Below, piece by piece: positions 1 to 12,840 of a DNA stretch of 64,000 bases (positions are counted from its first letter, which is position 1; every line of letters begins with the position of its first letter). The stretch lies in the NCBI GenBank assembly GCA_964188305.1, contig OZ076896.1. One strand, written 5' to 3'. The notes under the pieces are model-generated. The model made no database searches and was not told the DNA's origin. It saw only the letters and a program-made list of their open reading frames with translations. The translations under genes and the position numbers were made by a program. This DNA comes from Podarcis bocagei. Its lineage: Eukaryota.

Positions 1-113
1 ATGCCTAATCTGGGTGCTCCTTTGTATGCAATCCATTTTTAAAGGATTAATTAAAAGATCTCCTGAAGCTCTTTGCTACATACCATGTTTATCAATGGTG
101 TGCTGTTCAACTA

Positions 114-321
114 CAGCCATACATTGGGTTACGAACGCTGCAGGTTGCGCGTTTTCGGGTTGCGGACCAAGCCGAACCCGGAAGTACCAGAACGGGTTAC
201 TTCCGGGTTTCGGCGCATGCGCAGAAGCGCAAGATGATGTCACACACATGCGCAGAAGCGGCGCTGCGGGTTGCGAACATGCCTCCCGCACGGATTACAT
301 TCGCAACCCAAGGTATGACTG
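114..321. mobile_element. Tc1/mariner (Tigger/pogo-like) MITE
   Basis: Imperfect TIRs CAGCCATACATTGGGTTACGAA / TTCGCAACCCAAGGTATGACTG, flanked by TA on both sides. Confidence 0.75.
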
Positions 322-1732
322 TACAAAAAGGGGAAACTTTTCAAGAATGGTGCCCCAAATCTGGAACCCCCTTCCCAGACAGACATTGCATCCTTTTGGG
401 CACCAGGAAAAAGCATTTTTAGTTCCCCAGGCATTATTACTGCTTTCTAAAGTATTTAGATGTTCTACATGTTGGTTTTTTTGTTGTTGTTTTAAAAAAG
501 CATTTTAAGTAAGTTTTTATTTTGCTGTAAATTGTATCATATTAACATTTTGATGTTTGCTGCCCTGGGCGCCTTTGGGAAGAAAGGCAGGATACAAATG
601 TAACAGTAAATAAACAAGCACTGACATTTTAACCTGCTGCAATCCTAGCCTGCCTTTAAGGGTTTTAATGTTCTTGGTTGTTTGTTGTTTTTATTGTGAA
701 GATCTGTTTTATAATATGTTGTTGTTTGCAGCGCCCTGGAATCCAACGAAGGGCAGCACAGGAAAGTTTTGATCCGTAAATAGAGAAATAATTAAAGTCA
801 ACTCCCCTGGGCTTAAAACATGGCACAAAATCCAGGCAAAGTTTGATCACTTCTTTCTGCTGGTTTGCTGTGCAGCTCCCAAAGTGGCTCCAGTGAGCAG
901 GTTGACATTCCTGCCGCCTCCTCCAAGGACAAGGGTATTGACTTAGCTCTGAGTTCTCTTCTGACCTCTGCAAAATCAGCCTCCCTGGTGACAATTTTCT
1001 CACCAGAAGCCATGTTAGGCTATTGCAGCAGAACGTAGAAGAACCCTGTCATAAATTTGTTAGGCTTTTCAGGTAGAAAAAAACTGTTTGTTATTTCCCA
1101 GGACCTTCCCCAAGAGTTTTCCTCCTGCTAGTTCCCCCCTCCCCCAGTTCTGGGTTAGCTAAGGAGTTTTCTTCCATTTTTATTTTTCTTCGTGCGGTGA
1201 TGCCGTTGTATTTTGCTGCTACAAAATAGTTCCCCCTCTCTTTCCTGCTGGTGTGCTTATGGCAACACTCAAAAAGTACAGTGGATCTGGCATTGACAGT
1301 CAGAGAACAACATACAGTGTTGTGTTCATAGTGAAAAATGTACTAGGCAGACCTGGCTATATTGTTCAGCTTGACTTTTTACCACCCTCTGGAAACAATG
1401 CGTAACATTAGCTTTTTTTCCGCCGTGACTTCTGTGTGTGGATTGGCTAAGTCTTCTAAGGTTTCACGATCTTCTGCCACAGTCTCCACACATTCCATAG
1501 CTTCTGACTCTGGTACGTCTTCATTTCACTAAAGTTCAGTGTCGGACTTAAGCATGCTTCCTGAAGCAGGCAGCTAACATTTTCTATTGGCTAATCAAAA
1601 TTTTGTGACAAGACGGACGGTTTTCCTAAGCTTCTGATTCCACAGGCTCTGATGAACCAAAAGAGAAAAAAGAAGAGTTCACTAGTGTTGGGCTGCCTGT
1701 CTCAATCTCTAGCCTCAATTTCTAATAATGTA

Positions 1733-1947
1733 CAGTGGTACCTCGGGTTACATACACTTCAGGTTACAGACTCCGCTAACACAGAAATACTACCTCAGGT
1801 TAAGAACTTTGCTTCAGGATGAGTACAGAAATCATGTGGCGGCAGCAGGAGGCCCCATTAGCTAAAGTGGTGCTTCAGGTTAAGAACAGTTTCAGGTTAA
1901 GAACGGACCTCCGGAACAAATTAAGTACGTAACCAGAGGTACCACTG
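1733..1947 (+). mobile_element. Tc1/mariner MITE, CAGTGGTACCTC-TIR family (type A)
   Basis: TA|CAGTGGTACCTC...GAGGTACCACTG|TA; near-identical to 17078-17319 (inverted) and 56559-56800. Confidence 0.85.
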
Positions 1948-4900
1948 TACTTTCAGTCCCAGATTGAATTTAGCACTACTAAGGGCCCCAGGGTCTATTT
2001 ACTGTGTTCAGAATAGGTGGATCTGAGTCTTTACTTCACAACCTTGCAAAATTCATACACAGTAATATCATGTATCACCTCATTGGATATTGAAATCATT
2101 GTTTGAAGGGGAAATGGATTATTTACTTTACCCTTTGCTAAGCTCTGCAGAGAAGGTTGACTTGGTCCCAAACCTTCTACGTTTTTTAGTTACTGTGCTC
2201 TAAACCAGAGGTGAGAAATCTTTGGCTTTCCAGATGTTGCTTGCTGGGGATGATGGGAGTTGTAGATGTAGTTGTAGCAATGTCTGGAAGGCTGAAGTTT
2301 CCCCATCCCTGCCGTAAATATTGAAGCTCCTTTGAAAGCGGTGTTAGGAAGAGCTGTTCCTTGGCACCAACCTCTCAAGTTTTTCCACTGTTTAGTGACT
2401 CACTTGTGGAAGGGTGTCTTTGACACATTGCCAGCTGCACAAAAGTAACTGACTGGAAAGGGGCTTAGCACTCGTATGAGCAAGCTCAGAAAGGGCAAAT
2501 CTTTCTGGTAAAACTCTGGAAATGGCCACTTGGAGAATACGTATTCTGGTAAGCAACCGGACTTATTGTTTGCAGGAGGAAAGTTAAGCACGCTTTCCTA
2601 CTGCACAAGAAAACTAAACCTTTCTGCTGTCACCAATGGGACTTTACTTTAAAGTGCTCAAGTTTCACAAGATCATGTCATACTTTGTAATTTAGTCAAG
2701 ATGTGTTTGAGTGACAATGCAAGCACACATTTCTGTTGACAAGTAGAGCCTCAGTACTGATCCCTGAATTGGCTCAAATGTCTATTTTCCTGTGGCACAA
2801 ATGAAGTCAAATAACTTTGTTGCTGCATTTTGTTCAGCATTATTTGGGATTAGTTTATACTAAGCCTGTTGATTGGTTTATTGGGTACAGTCTACAAAAT
2901 CTGGTTCTTCTTGCAAACAATGGTTTGTATCCAGACTTAGGAATACATAGTATAGACTCATTGAAATCAATGGGACATATTAGTCATAACTTTTCCTTAA
3001 TTTGATTTGAATGGGTCTGTTCTATAATTTCGGAGCCAATCTTCTGTTATTTATATCCGTTTGGACCTTACAGACTGCATTTTGAGAATTTTTGAAACTG
3101 AATTCAAACCAAAAACAAAATAGCTTTTTAATAAACAGTTTATGCATTTCCCTGGTGCTTTGTCCTTGTCCCTTTTCTTAAACAATATCCCAATTCCAGC
3201 ATTAGATGGGGGGGGGGGCGGTTCCCAGACATTTCTGATTTATGCCACCCTTTGTATCCAAGTTTCTTAGCTCGATGTAACACAGCTTAGAAAGCAAAGG
3301 GCTGCTAGTGATGCAAATAGAAAAGATTGGGGGTGGGGGAGGCGAGAGCTTATTTTAGTAGCCCAGCCAGCTGAATATTGACCAGCTGTCTTCCTAAGAG
3401 AGAAATAAATGGTGGTGAATAAGCTAGAGTCTAGTTTTCCAAGAAGCTCAATGATTTTCCCAAATCAATACAACTCATCAGGCCTCAGAACAAAGGCTGC
3501 AAGGGATGTGACAGTGATGGAAGTGGCCATGTGTTCTTTTGAGTATTAAAGCACAACAGCCCATGGGGAAACAGACCCTTTTCAGTTATGGTGTTCATTC
3601 CTCCTTCAGTTTTCTTTGGAAGAAATCGCCAGATTTTTTAATGTATATATTTTCTTCTTTTTTAAAAAAAGAAAGAAAGGATAAAAAGACTGTCTTCTTG
3701 ATGGCTAGACACAATAGGTTCAGGAAATAAATCTTTTTTTATGTGCAAATGCTGCTTTTTTTCTATCAGCAGATTAGTAACTGCATCATGTCCTACAGAT
3801 TCTCCTTGTGCGTGGGTTTGCTCCATATTATACTTGGCTCGGAAAGCCTTTTTCTATTATGATTAATCTGTACCAAATCACGCAGGTTATAGGGCTTATT
3901 ATTTTGCACGAGGCAAGCAGTTTGTCTAGGACATCTGTCAAGAGATAAATGTAATTTTTAAAGCCTCGGTGTATAAATTGTGTGGAAATAGGATCAGGAG
4001 TCTTAGGATGAGCAATTAGCAAAAACAAACCCCCGCCAACTTTGCTGAAACGGTCAGCGACGCACCGCTACCTACCAGCTATTTTTGTCCTTCAGCCCTT
4101 TTAATCTTTAAACTCACTGTGTTTTTCAGGATTAACACCACAGCAGCACGTCTGAGAGGTTTACGGTTGTAGCAAGAGTGCACCAGGGCATAAAGTGTGC
4201 CATTACACTGCTTGTCACTAATGCAGCCCTATCTCTTTGGTTCGACTGCCATACATTATTCGCTGAAGATAAAATTCAGGGTGACTAATCACAGTTCTGT
4301 TCCAGATGGTTTGATTACAGGATGTGCTTAAAGGGAGATACTTTCAAATGTATAGCATAGCAGTAGATCTCTTTAAAATAATAATAAATATACTGTACAC
4401 CCCTCCTCCTCTCTTACATATAGCATATGGTATTTTCAGATATTTCCATTACTAGCAGTTGCTACATACACATCTGAAAGGCCAACAGTCCAGTCCTTAA
4501 ATGAGGGATGATATAGCGTACAGTAATTCAGTTTACATTAATTTACAGAATGATTGTATTGTTTGGGGTGGGGAAAATAGAGATTACATAGTGCAGCTAC
4601 CAACACCATTTTCTGAGCCCTGCTGCCTCAAGGCAGGAGGTGGGGAAGATTTTAAGTCTTTTTTATATTTATAAAGTTACCAAGTGCAAAAGATTGGAAG
4701 CTGCGTAAACTAAAAGGAATAAAAACAGTTCTACAGTTATTTTTTAATTGTATGAAATGGCTGGATCACACTAAAGGTAAAGCCTTCTTAATCAAAAATG
4801 TATTCAAGAGCCACCTAAATATCAAAATGCTAGGCACTTGTCTGATTTCAGCTGGTAACTTATTCTATCAGGCTGTATCTGCAACCCTAAAAGCCCAGTT

Positions 4901-5765
4901 TCTAGTGCATTCTAAGCACACCTCTGGGGCATTTTCTTCTCTCCCTCCTCCCACTGCCCTCTTTCTCTTCTTTTTTTACCATCAAGATTCTAGTTACCTA
5001 AAATCAACTGCAGTGCAATGGCATTGGAAAATAGGGCTTCTGACGTTGTATTGGAGACTTCTCCCAAGGATCGTAAGGGAATAAAATTTTGCAACTAATA
5101 AACAGTTACTTTGAAATACCACGAAACAGTGAGAATGGCATGTAAAAATTGTGGGAGCTAATTCCTATAAGAAGACCCCCTGTAATTTTAAGTCAGATTT
5201 CTGTGTGAATACTATCATCAGATATGCATGTTTTATACTACAGTGAAGTGTGATCATTAGGAGCGGTGAAGTAGGATGGGCAGATCATGGCTCACATTCG
5301 TACTCAGACATGAAGTTTACTGGGTGATCTTGGGTCAGTAACCCTACCTGGAAGGGTTGTTGTGATGATAAAATGCAGGGAAAGGATCATATATGAGACC
5401 TGGGGAATTAAGGTGGAATATACATGTGGTAAATGGAGAATAATAATTAACATGTAAAGGCTTTGTCTCAGATAAGTGAAGCAGTTTTTCCCAAGTGGAG
5501 TCATGCTCTCATGATAATGGGGTTATACTTCACATCCCCATCATATTTCTGCCATGGGTGATTGGGTGTGAAGCTTTTCACAAGTACAGCTAATCCCTTT
5601 ATATAGTATGGGGAATGAGCCCGTGGCAATAGGTTATCCATATGCTGTGTTGAACATATTTTTTATTTTACAAATGTGTTTGTGTAATTAGGAGCATCTG
5701 GGAGATACATTGAGTTCAGATCTTAAACCACCTCCCCCTCTGCTAGCACTATCAATGCTCTTGTG

Positions 5766-5797
5766 TAATAGTAATAATAGTAATAATAGTAATAATA

Positions 5798-5858
<61 letters not shown>
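5766..5858. repeat. (AAT)n microsatellite abutting a short L2 3'-end remnant
   Basis: About 30 AAT/AGT units followed by tttataccccacccatctggctggg, the L2 tail also seen at 34927 and 41122. Confidence 0.9.
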
Positions 5859-5859
<1 letters not shown>

Positions 5860-6110
5860 TTATTATTTATACCCCACCCATCTGGCTGGGTTTCTTTGCT
5901 ATCTGGCTGTCATGATCACCTATTTGGTAGTGCCAGTGACATCATCACAGTTGCTTGGTAGCCAACTCATGCCCATTTAGTTTTTTATATGTTATGAAAA
6001 GGTTTTGACGTGCCCACAGAAAAGATGCCCACAGAAGAAGCTACAGTCAAGCAATGTAGTTAGGATCATGGAATTGTAGCATTGAAAGGAACCGCGAGGA
6101 TCGTCTATTC

Positions 6111-6312
6111 CAGGCACGTTCAACACGTCTACTGAACAATCGTTGGGCGTCTGTGGTCAACCCCCCCCCAAAAAAAAACACCTCAACAGCTTTGGTGAAG
6201 GCCCCCCCCCAAAAAAAAAGCTCAACAACTCTGGTCAATCCATTGGGTAGATCACTGTCAGCTTTTTTAATGTGGGAGCAGATTGCAGTCTCTTGGGAGT
6301 TGGACATGCCTG
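6111..6312. mobile_element. hAT MITE with 8-bp TSD
   Basis: GTCTATTC|CAGGCACGTTCAAC...GTTGGACATGCCTG|GTCTATTC; related copy inverted at 62945-63330. Confidence 0.85.
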
Positions 6313-6406
6313 GTCTATTCCAATTCCCTGGCGAATAGACATTCTGTTGTGGCGACCGCAACTCAGGTTTAAGGTGCCATTTAGCACCTGGGTTATATAT
6401 CTGTGG

Positions 6407-6761
6407 GGGACACGGGTGGCGCTGTGGGTTAAACCACAGAGCCTAGGACTTGCCGATCAGAAGGTCGGCAGCTCAAATCCCCGTGACGGGGTGAGCTCCC
6501 ATTGCTCAGTCCCTGCTCCTGCCCACCTAGCAGGTCAAAAGCACGTCAAAGTGCAAGTAGATAAATAGGTACCACTCCGGTGGGAAGGTAAATGGCGTTT
6601 CCGTGCACTGCTCTGGTTCGCCAGAAGCGGCTTAGTCATGCTGGCCACATGCCTCAGAAGCTGTACACCGGCTACCTCGGCCAATAAAGCGAGATGAGCG
6701 CTGCAACCCCAGAGTCGGTCACGACTGGACCTAATGGTCAGGGGTTCCTTTACCTTTACCT
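6407..6761 (+). mobile_element. Sauria SINE, full length
   Basis: GGGACACGGGTGGCGCTGTGG tRNA-like head, conserved body, (ACCTTT)n tail. Confidence 0.92.
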
Positions 6762-8598
6762 ATATATCTGACTTTCTAACACTGATGTGTATGTGCTTGG
6801 GCTGCCCAGTGTCAGGAGGAATGATAGTAAGGCTCCCACTGGAGAATTGTCTCCCAAGTGCTTTGCTTTATATCCCACTTAGGACTAGTTTTTCACATTA
6901 TGCGAGAGAAAGCAAGTGGGTGCCCTTTGGGAGACTGGGGTGTAGGAGCTCAATAACCCACTATCTGGGCTAAGACTGTTCCCCCAGATTGTAATCCATT
7001 TACTTTGTCCCATAGAGTTCATTGGGAGTCATTGAGAGCAGAGTTCACATGCATGTTGCCACCTCCCAATTTCTGTTTCTGGAGCGTGGCGGAATTTGAG
7101 GGCTTTTCAATCATGGTACAGGGCTGAAAACCAGCCACGAGAAAGAAAGATTGATGTCAAGGACAAGCATCTATCCTCTGAGCCTCATAAACTCTTGCAA
7201 CTCCTTAAAATGAGGAAGGAAATGTTAACGCCACCAGTATATGAGAGCTTTTGCTTTGAGGGACAAGTGCTTCCTTTCTCAAGAACTACAGCACCCATCT
7301 CTCGTGTTTGTTTTACTATAAAGGGGGTGGGTGTCCCATCTTTTCATTGATCTCCACACTTGATCAGTCGTCTTCTGTTTCCAGGGTCTGATTTTGATAA
7401 CGGTGACAGGGAAGTTCTTTACTCCCATGTTAAGCTATCAGTAAACAAGACCCCAAAATTTCTTAAGCCAGAGAGCGTATAAGGCAGAAGGGAACCAAGA
7501 CTGTGTTTTCATTATATCCATTTCCATCTACCGCTGTTGTCTTTCCAGTTGCATGCTTCCTGGTGAAGCCGTTTATTCGCTTGACCCATTTCTTTGGTGG
7601 GTTTGCTGAATTAAACACTCTGACTTCATTGCTTGCTCTCAGAAAACATTCCTATGACTGAAGAGGGGAAAGCAGATGTGGATAAGGCAATGAATCAATC
7701 CTCCTCCAGTTTTCTTCCAAAGCAGAAGGAAAATATCCATCAACTTTGTCTTTGTTCCCCCCTATCGAGTACTTCTATGATTTTAGTGTTTTTTTTATGT
7801 AACGAAAGAACGAATGTGTCTCTTACAGATGCAATTTTCCTGAAATAAAACCTGGATAGGGTTTTTTTAATCAATCATAAGGGGGGGGGGGCGGAATGGT
7901 ACTTGAAAAATAATTGCTCCCCGTGCCTTTAAAGCACCAAAAACAAGTGGAAGTGAACTTTGAAGATCAAAATCTGGTGTTGATTGAAATTTTTCTCTCA
8001 AATATGAAACTACTTTTCCTGTTCCTGGAGAGTATTTCAGATATATTTAGCTACTTTAAGAGACACTGTTCATTGTAGCAGCAAACAACAGAAAAACATA
8101 GGGTCTGTTTACACCAGCACTTCTGTTATTAATGCCTCCTACTAAATGTTGTTGTTGTTGTTCCTGCTTTGTAGTAATGTACTTATTTACATTCACTTCA
8201 AAATGTTTCTCCTTGTGATTAGTGGGGGAACAATTTAACTTTTGGGGATACACTAAGCTTTTTGAAAAAAATTCAAATATCTATCAAGACAACCATACCA
8301 AGCCCTATAATGAAGTCTAGCTTCAATGCTTACAAGGCAAAAGGTGGTGGTGGTGGACTTTGAGGCTTTGAGGCTTGTGCTGGGGAATTGTGCATAGTCG
8401 GACAATTGATCACCTAGAGATGATATACAATACCTGTAGTGGACTAGTGGTCATAAAAACCCTCACCACTCATACTAGGTAATGTTTTCCACGGACATTA
8501 AACACATATAAGTCACATCCACAACATACATTTAAAGCACATTTAACTCATTTAAAGCACACAGCTCCCCCCCCCCCAGAATCCTGATAACTCTAGTA

Positions 8599-8821
8599 CA
8601 GTGGTACCTCGGTTTAAGAACATTCCGGTTTAAGAATGATTTGGTTTACAAACTCCACAAAACAGGAAATAGTGTCTTGGTTTGAGAACTTTCCCTCAGT
8701 CTAAGAGCGGAATCTGACGGTGGAAGGGCACCGGCGGCAGGAGGCCTCATTAGAGAAAGCACGGCTCAGTTTAAGAACGGACTTCCGGAACGGATTAAGT
8801 TCGTAAACCAAGGCACCACTG
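8599..8821. mobile_element. Tc1/mariner MITE (CAGTGGTACCTC TIR)
   Basis: TA|CAGTGGTACCTCGG...CCAAGGCACCACTG|TA. Confidence 0.8.
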
Positions 8822-9173
8822 TATGTTGAGGTTTCTGGAAATTGTAGCTTTTTGAGGTATAAAGTACTCTTTCTGGGATTCTTTGTGGGAAAGCAATGTT
8901 CTTTAAATATATTGTGTGGAGGTGGATATGGTCGTGCATCTATAGCTCCAGTTTGTGTAGTTTCCTCCTCCTCCTCCTCCTCCTTCTTCTTTAAGATGAA
9001 GTATTGTGGACTATGTACTTAGTGTTTATGTCACATATCGCCTTGTTACATGAAAGCCACATGTCCTATTTTCCACCAGACATATTACATTTCTGGATTG
9101 TGTAAACTGGCCTTGAGAATGTAAATACTATATAGAAGCAACTCTGTTTTGAGAGCAGACATGGAGGGGAATC

Positions 9174-10226
9174 TCTTTCTTTCTTTGTATAATTTTTATT
9201 AAATTTTCTGTTTTACAGTTTAGAATACTCATTTTACATCCTTAAGATATCAATGACTTCCCGTCTTCTCTTTCCATGGTTCATTTTACATATAATAAAT
9301 CCCTGCATATTTTGCAAAAACTATACCATTCAGTATTCCATTAATACATCCATCAAAACTTTTTTACACTGTTGAATTTATCTTAATGCCGCCAGCGTTT
9401 TCAGCTGTACATAATTTCCTCCCATATAGCCAATAAACGTTTTCCAGTCTTCTTTAAACATATGTTCTTCTCGTTCTCTTATTCTATAAGTTAAGTCTTC
9501 GAGTTGTGTATATTCTGTCAACTTAAGTTGTCATTCTTCTTTAGTTGGGACCTTGCTCATTTTCCATTTGGGGGCTAACAAAACATGGGCCACAATAGTA
9601 GCATACATAAATAACATTTTCTGACGCCTGGGAATTTCAGTCTGAATTATCCCCAACAGAAAGAATTCTGTTGGGGGGGGGAGTATTTTTAAACATTTTC
9701 GCCCTAATTCATTATGGATCATTTCCCAGTAGTCTTTTACCCTTTTACAAGTCTACCACATGTGAAAGAATGTTCACTCCACCTCTTTGCATCTCCAGCA
9801 CTTACCTGATTCAGACTTATACATCTTAGCAAGCCTAGGTAAAGGTAAAGGGATCCCTGACCACTAGGTCCAGTCGTGGCCGACTCTGGGGTTGCAGCGC
9901 TCATCTCGCTTTACTGGCCGAGGGAACCAGCGTACAGCTTCCGGGTCATGTGTCCAGCATGACTAAGCCGCTTCTGGCGAACCAGAGCAGCGCACGGAAA
10001 CGCCGTTTACCTTCCCGCTGGAGCGGTACCTATTTATCTACTTGCATTTTGACGTGCTTTCGAACTGCTAGGTTGGCAGGAGCAGGGACCGAGCAACGGG
10101 AGCTCACCCTGTCGCAGGGATTTGAACCGCCGGCCTTCTGATCGGCAAGTCCTAGGCTCTGTGGTTTAACCCACAGCGCCACCCGCGTCCCTTCTTAGCA
10201 AGCCTAATCAGAGTTAAATACCATCT
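9174..10226 (-). mobile_element. L1 LINE 3' fragment (ORF2 C-terminus plus 3'UTR), interrupted by a Sauria SINE
   Basis: Minus-strand translation RWYLT...KCWRCKE...FFHMW*TC...YWEMIHNEL...FLLGII...KWK...KEE resembles the L1 ORF2 CCHC knuckle region; has stops and frameshifts; T-rich tail near 9174. Confidence 0.85.
9838..10191 (-). mobile_element. Sauria SINE, full length, 14-bp TSD
   Basis: TSD TCTTAGCAAGCCTA at 9824-9837 and 10193-10206; reverse complement of Sauria consensus. Confidence 0.93.
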
Positions 10227-11009
10227 TTCAGTCCCGGGGAATGAAAGATTCCCCTAGCATGCATAAAACCACCCTGAAACATTTCACACTAACTACATGG
10301 AGTTACACCCCACAGCTGTGGTTCCTGGCATCAACTGTGCTGCCCATTCTGCACTTCTGAGCAAAGGCTCCTTGCCAGAGTGCAGTTCTGAGCATTGAGC
10401 CTCGACTTACCCAGTTAAGGGCACTAAATAAGCCTGGAGGGACTGCAGAGAGCTGCTGCCATATCACATTTGCAGTAGAGGGCTAGATCGTTCCTTGACC
10501 CATCTCCATGTTAGGTGGTGTTCCACATCCACAAAACCGTTCATTAACCGTTACGGTCAGCGTAATATCTGTTTCCTTGGTGAAGCTGCACATATTCAGG
10601 GTGTAAAATTACCCGGCCTTTGCTAACTGTGTCCAGAAATAGCTGCCATAGATTTGAATAACTCGCTGATTTCAGACTTGGCTTTCGTTTAACCGCCGTT
10701 GACCAGGCTGTTCCCTGCTTTGCGCTGTTATAAGAATTTAAGGTCCCAAATATACAAATTAAATGTTCATAGATTTACAAGGCAAACACATACATAAGTT
10801 TGTAAACCAAGTGTCTATAATAGCACAGGAGAACAGTCCTGAAACCATTTTGACTCTCCCAAATTGACTTCAAATGTTTTCTGCAAGGAGGAAGGAAATG
10901 GGAAAGCCTCTCCATTTATCTTTTCCTTAGCTGTCTTTAGGGCAGTGTTTCCCAACCGGTGTTCCGCGGCACACTAGTGTGCCGCGAGACGTTGCCTGGT
11001 GTGCCGTGG

Positions 11010-11780
11010 GAGGGAGGCGGGCGAGGCGCGAGGCGAGAGGATCGGGCGCGGCGGAGGCCAGCCCCGCGCTTGGAGAGGACGCAGCAGCCGTCGCCAAACC
11101 CGATCCTCCTCCTCCTGCTCCGCCGCCGTCCTCTGGCTCTCGGCCGGGAGGAGCCTGCGGCGACGGGGCGGGCGCCGAAGTTAGCAGAAGTTGGCGCGCC
11201 TCCTCGGCAGCGCCTTCGTCCTCCTCCTCCTGCCTCTGCTCTCCTCCGGCGGCGGGGGCGCGCCGCCGCCGGATCCGCGCGCAGCCTCTCGCCTCTGCCC
11301 CTCGCCGCGCCGGCCCAGCCAGTCAGCCAGCCGAGGACGGGCGCGCTCTCGCTCCTCGCTCGCTCTTTCCGTGTCGCGAGGGGCGGAGCCCAGGGGAAAG
11401 GACCGCCCAGCAGGCGCGGCTGAGGCGCGCATGCGTGGCTGGGGGGGGTGCGCGCCCTCTGCTCTCTGCCTCTCTCCCCCTCCCCCCTCTGGACCCCGCG
11501 CGCGAGGCTCTCCGGGGGCGGGAAAAGGGTTTCCCTCAGGCGGAAGGCCCCGTGGGAGCCGGGAGGGGGGCAGCCGCTGCTCTGGCTCCCCCCCGCCCCG
11601 AACCGGCTCTTCCTTTCGGTTCTGGCGGGGAGCGCGCTCTCCCCCCCCCTTGCGCTCCGCTTTCCCCTCAGAAGAGCCCCCTGCTCCCCGTAATCGAGGG
11701 TGATCGTGCCCAGGGGCTCGCCAGATCCCCCTCCGGCCGTCTCTTAGTCCCCACACGATCCCAGGAGCGCGACGTGGAAG
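11010..11780. other. CpG-island-like cargo block 1 (captured promoter/exon fragments)
   Basis: Very GC- and CpG-rich against an AT-rich intron; GC box GGGGCGGAGC 11380-11389; NRF1-like GCGCATGCGT 11427-11436; 129 bp shared with block 2. Confidence 0.75.
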
Positions 11781-12610
11781 TGTGTGGACACCCGCAAAGG
11801 TCAGGGATGCTTCTCAAACCGCCAAGAGGCAAAGCCAACGTCCCTCTCACCTGGCCCAGGAGTCCCAGATGCGCCAGTTCTCAACAACAAATGCATCGAA
11901 CAGGGTGTGCAACCCAAGTGAATCACTATTTTAAGCCATTCGGGGGGGGGGGGAGATGCAACCCATTCTTAAATCTTTCCTACTGAAAATGACCTAAAAG
12001 TGTTACATTTGGACGGATCACCCCCATAACTAATGTTGCATCATCTCACTATTTGCAGCAAGCATATACATTCTTTTCCACGGTTAACTTTTGTATACCT
12101 CAGAGCACCAAAGTTTATTTCCTAATTGCTTACTGATCTGCTGGTGAAGCAAGTTTTCTCTTGACTCCCCTTTGAACCATCAACATATCCTTTAACATCC
12201 TTTTGACACTAATCAATAAGTTACATTTTTTAATCTTTTTTATTTAGCTATAAATGCCAGGCCATCTCTTTTCTCTGCCTGGAGAGGAACAGATAGCTCT
12301 TGCCAGAGGTCAGATGTGATGGACTTGAGAGGATTCCCTGCTTTCCACCATTCTGTCTGTCTTGACTGCCCCCCCCCCCTGTTTCTTTTTCAACTTTCTC
12401 TCCAGACTTCCCCTATCAGCATAAAATTAGGCAGAAGAAGCTTGGTTCCCTACCCCTGATCCAGTGCAGGGGGGGGGGGGACGACAAGCAGTTGTAGACA
12501 ACCTTATTTTAAAAGTTCTCTTCATGTAACTTTAGTACAATTACATCCTCTGTATATCATTTATACCAGAAGTGGGGAGATGATAAATTATGCTGTACCA
12601 TGCAGCACTA

Positions 12611-12840
12611 GGGACGCGGGTGGCGCTGTGGGTAAAACCTCAGCACCTAGGGGTTGCCGATCGCATGGTTGGCGGTTCGAATCCCCGCGGCGGGGCAAGC
12701 TCCAGTCGTTCAGTCCCAGCTTCTGCCAACCTAGCAGTTCGAAAGCACCCTTATGTGCAAGTAGATAAATAGGGACCGTTTCCGTGTGCTGCGCTGCTGC
12801 TGGCTCACCAGAGCAGCTTCGTCACGCTGGCCACGTGACT
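12611..12840 (+). mobile_element. 3'-truncated divergent Sauria SINE inside the hAT cargo
   Basis: GGGACGCGGGTGGCGCTGTGG head; breaks off at GCCACGTGACT and joins GC-rich cargo. Confidence 0.85.

Noticed and set aside
5710-5961. Poly-Asn, poly-Thr, VC and RE repeat ORFs (also 34745, 49531, 50024)
   Set aside because: Translations of microsatellites.
6407-6490. tRNA genes (A/B boxes, GTTCGAATCC in several copies)
   Set aside because: tRNA-derived SINE heads continuing into SINE bodies.
10959-11986. Long overlapping ORFs (335, 191, 170, 154 aa) as a novel gene
   Set aside because: Stop-poor GC-rich cargo opens several frames on both strands; most start at non-ATG codons; low-complexity products that cross mosaic junctions.
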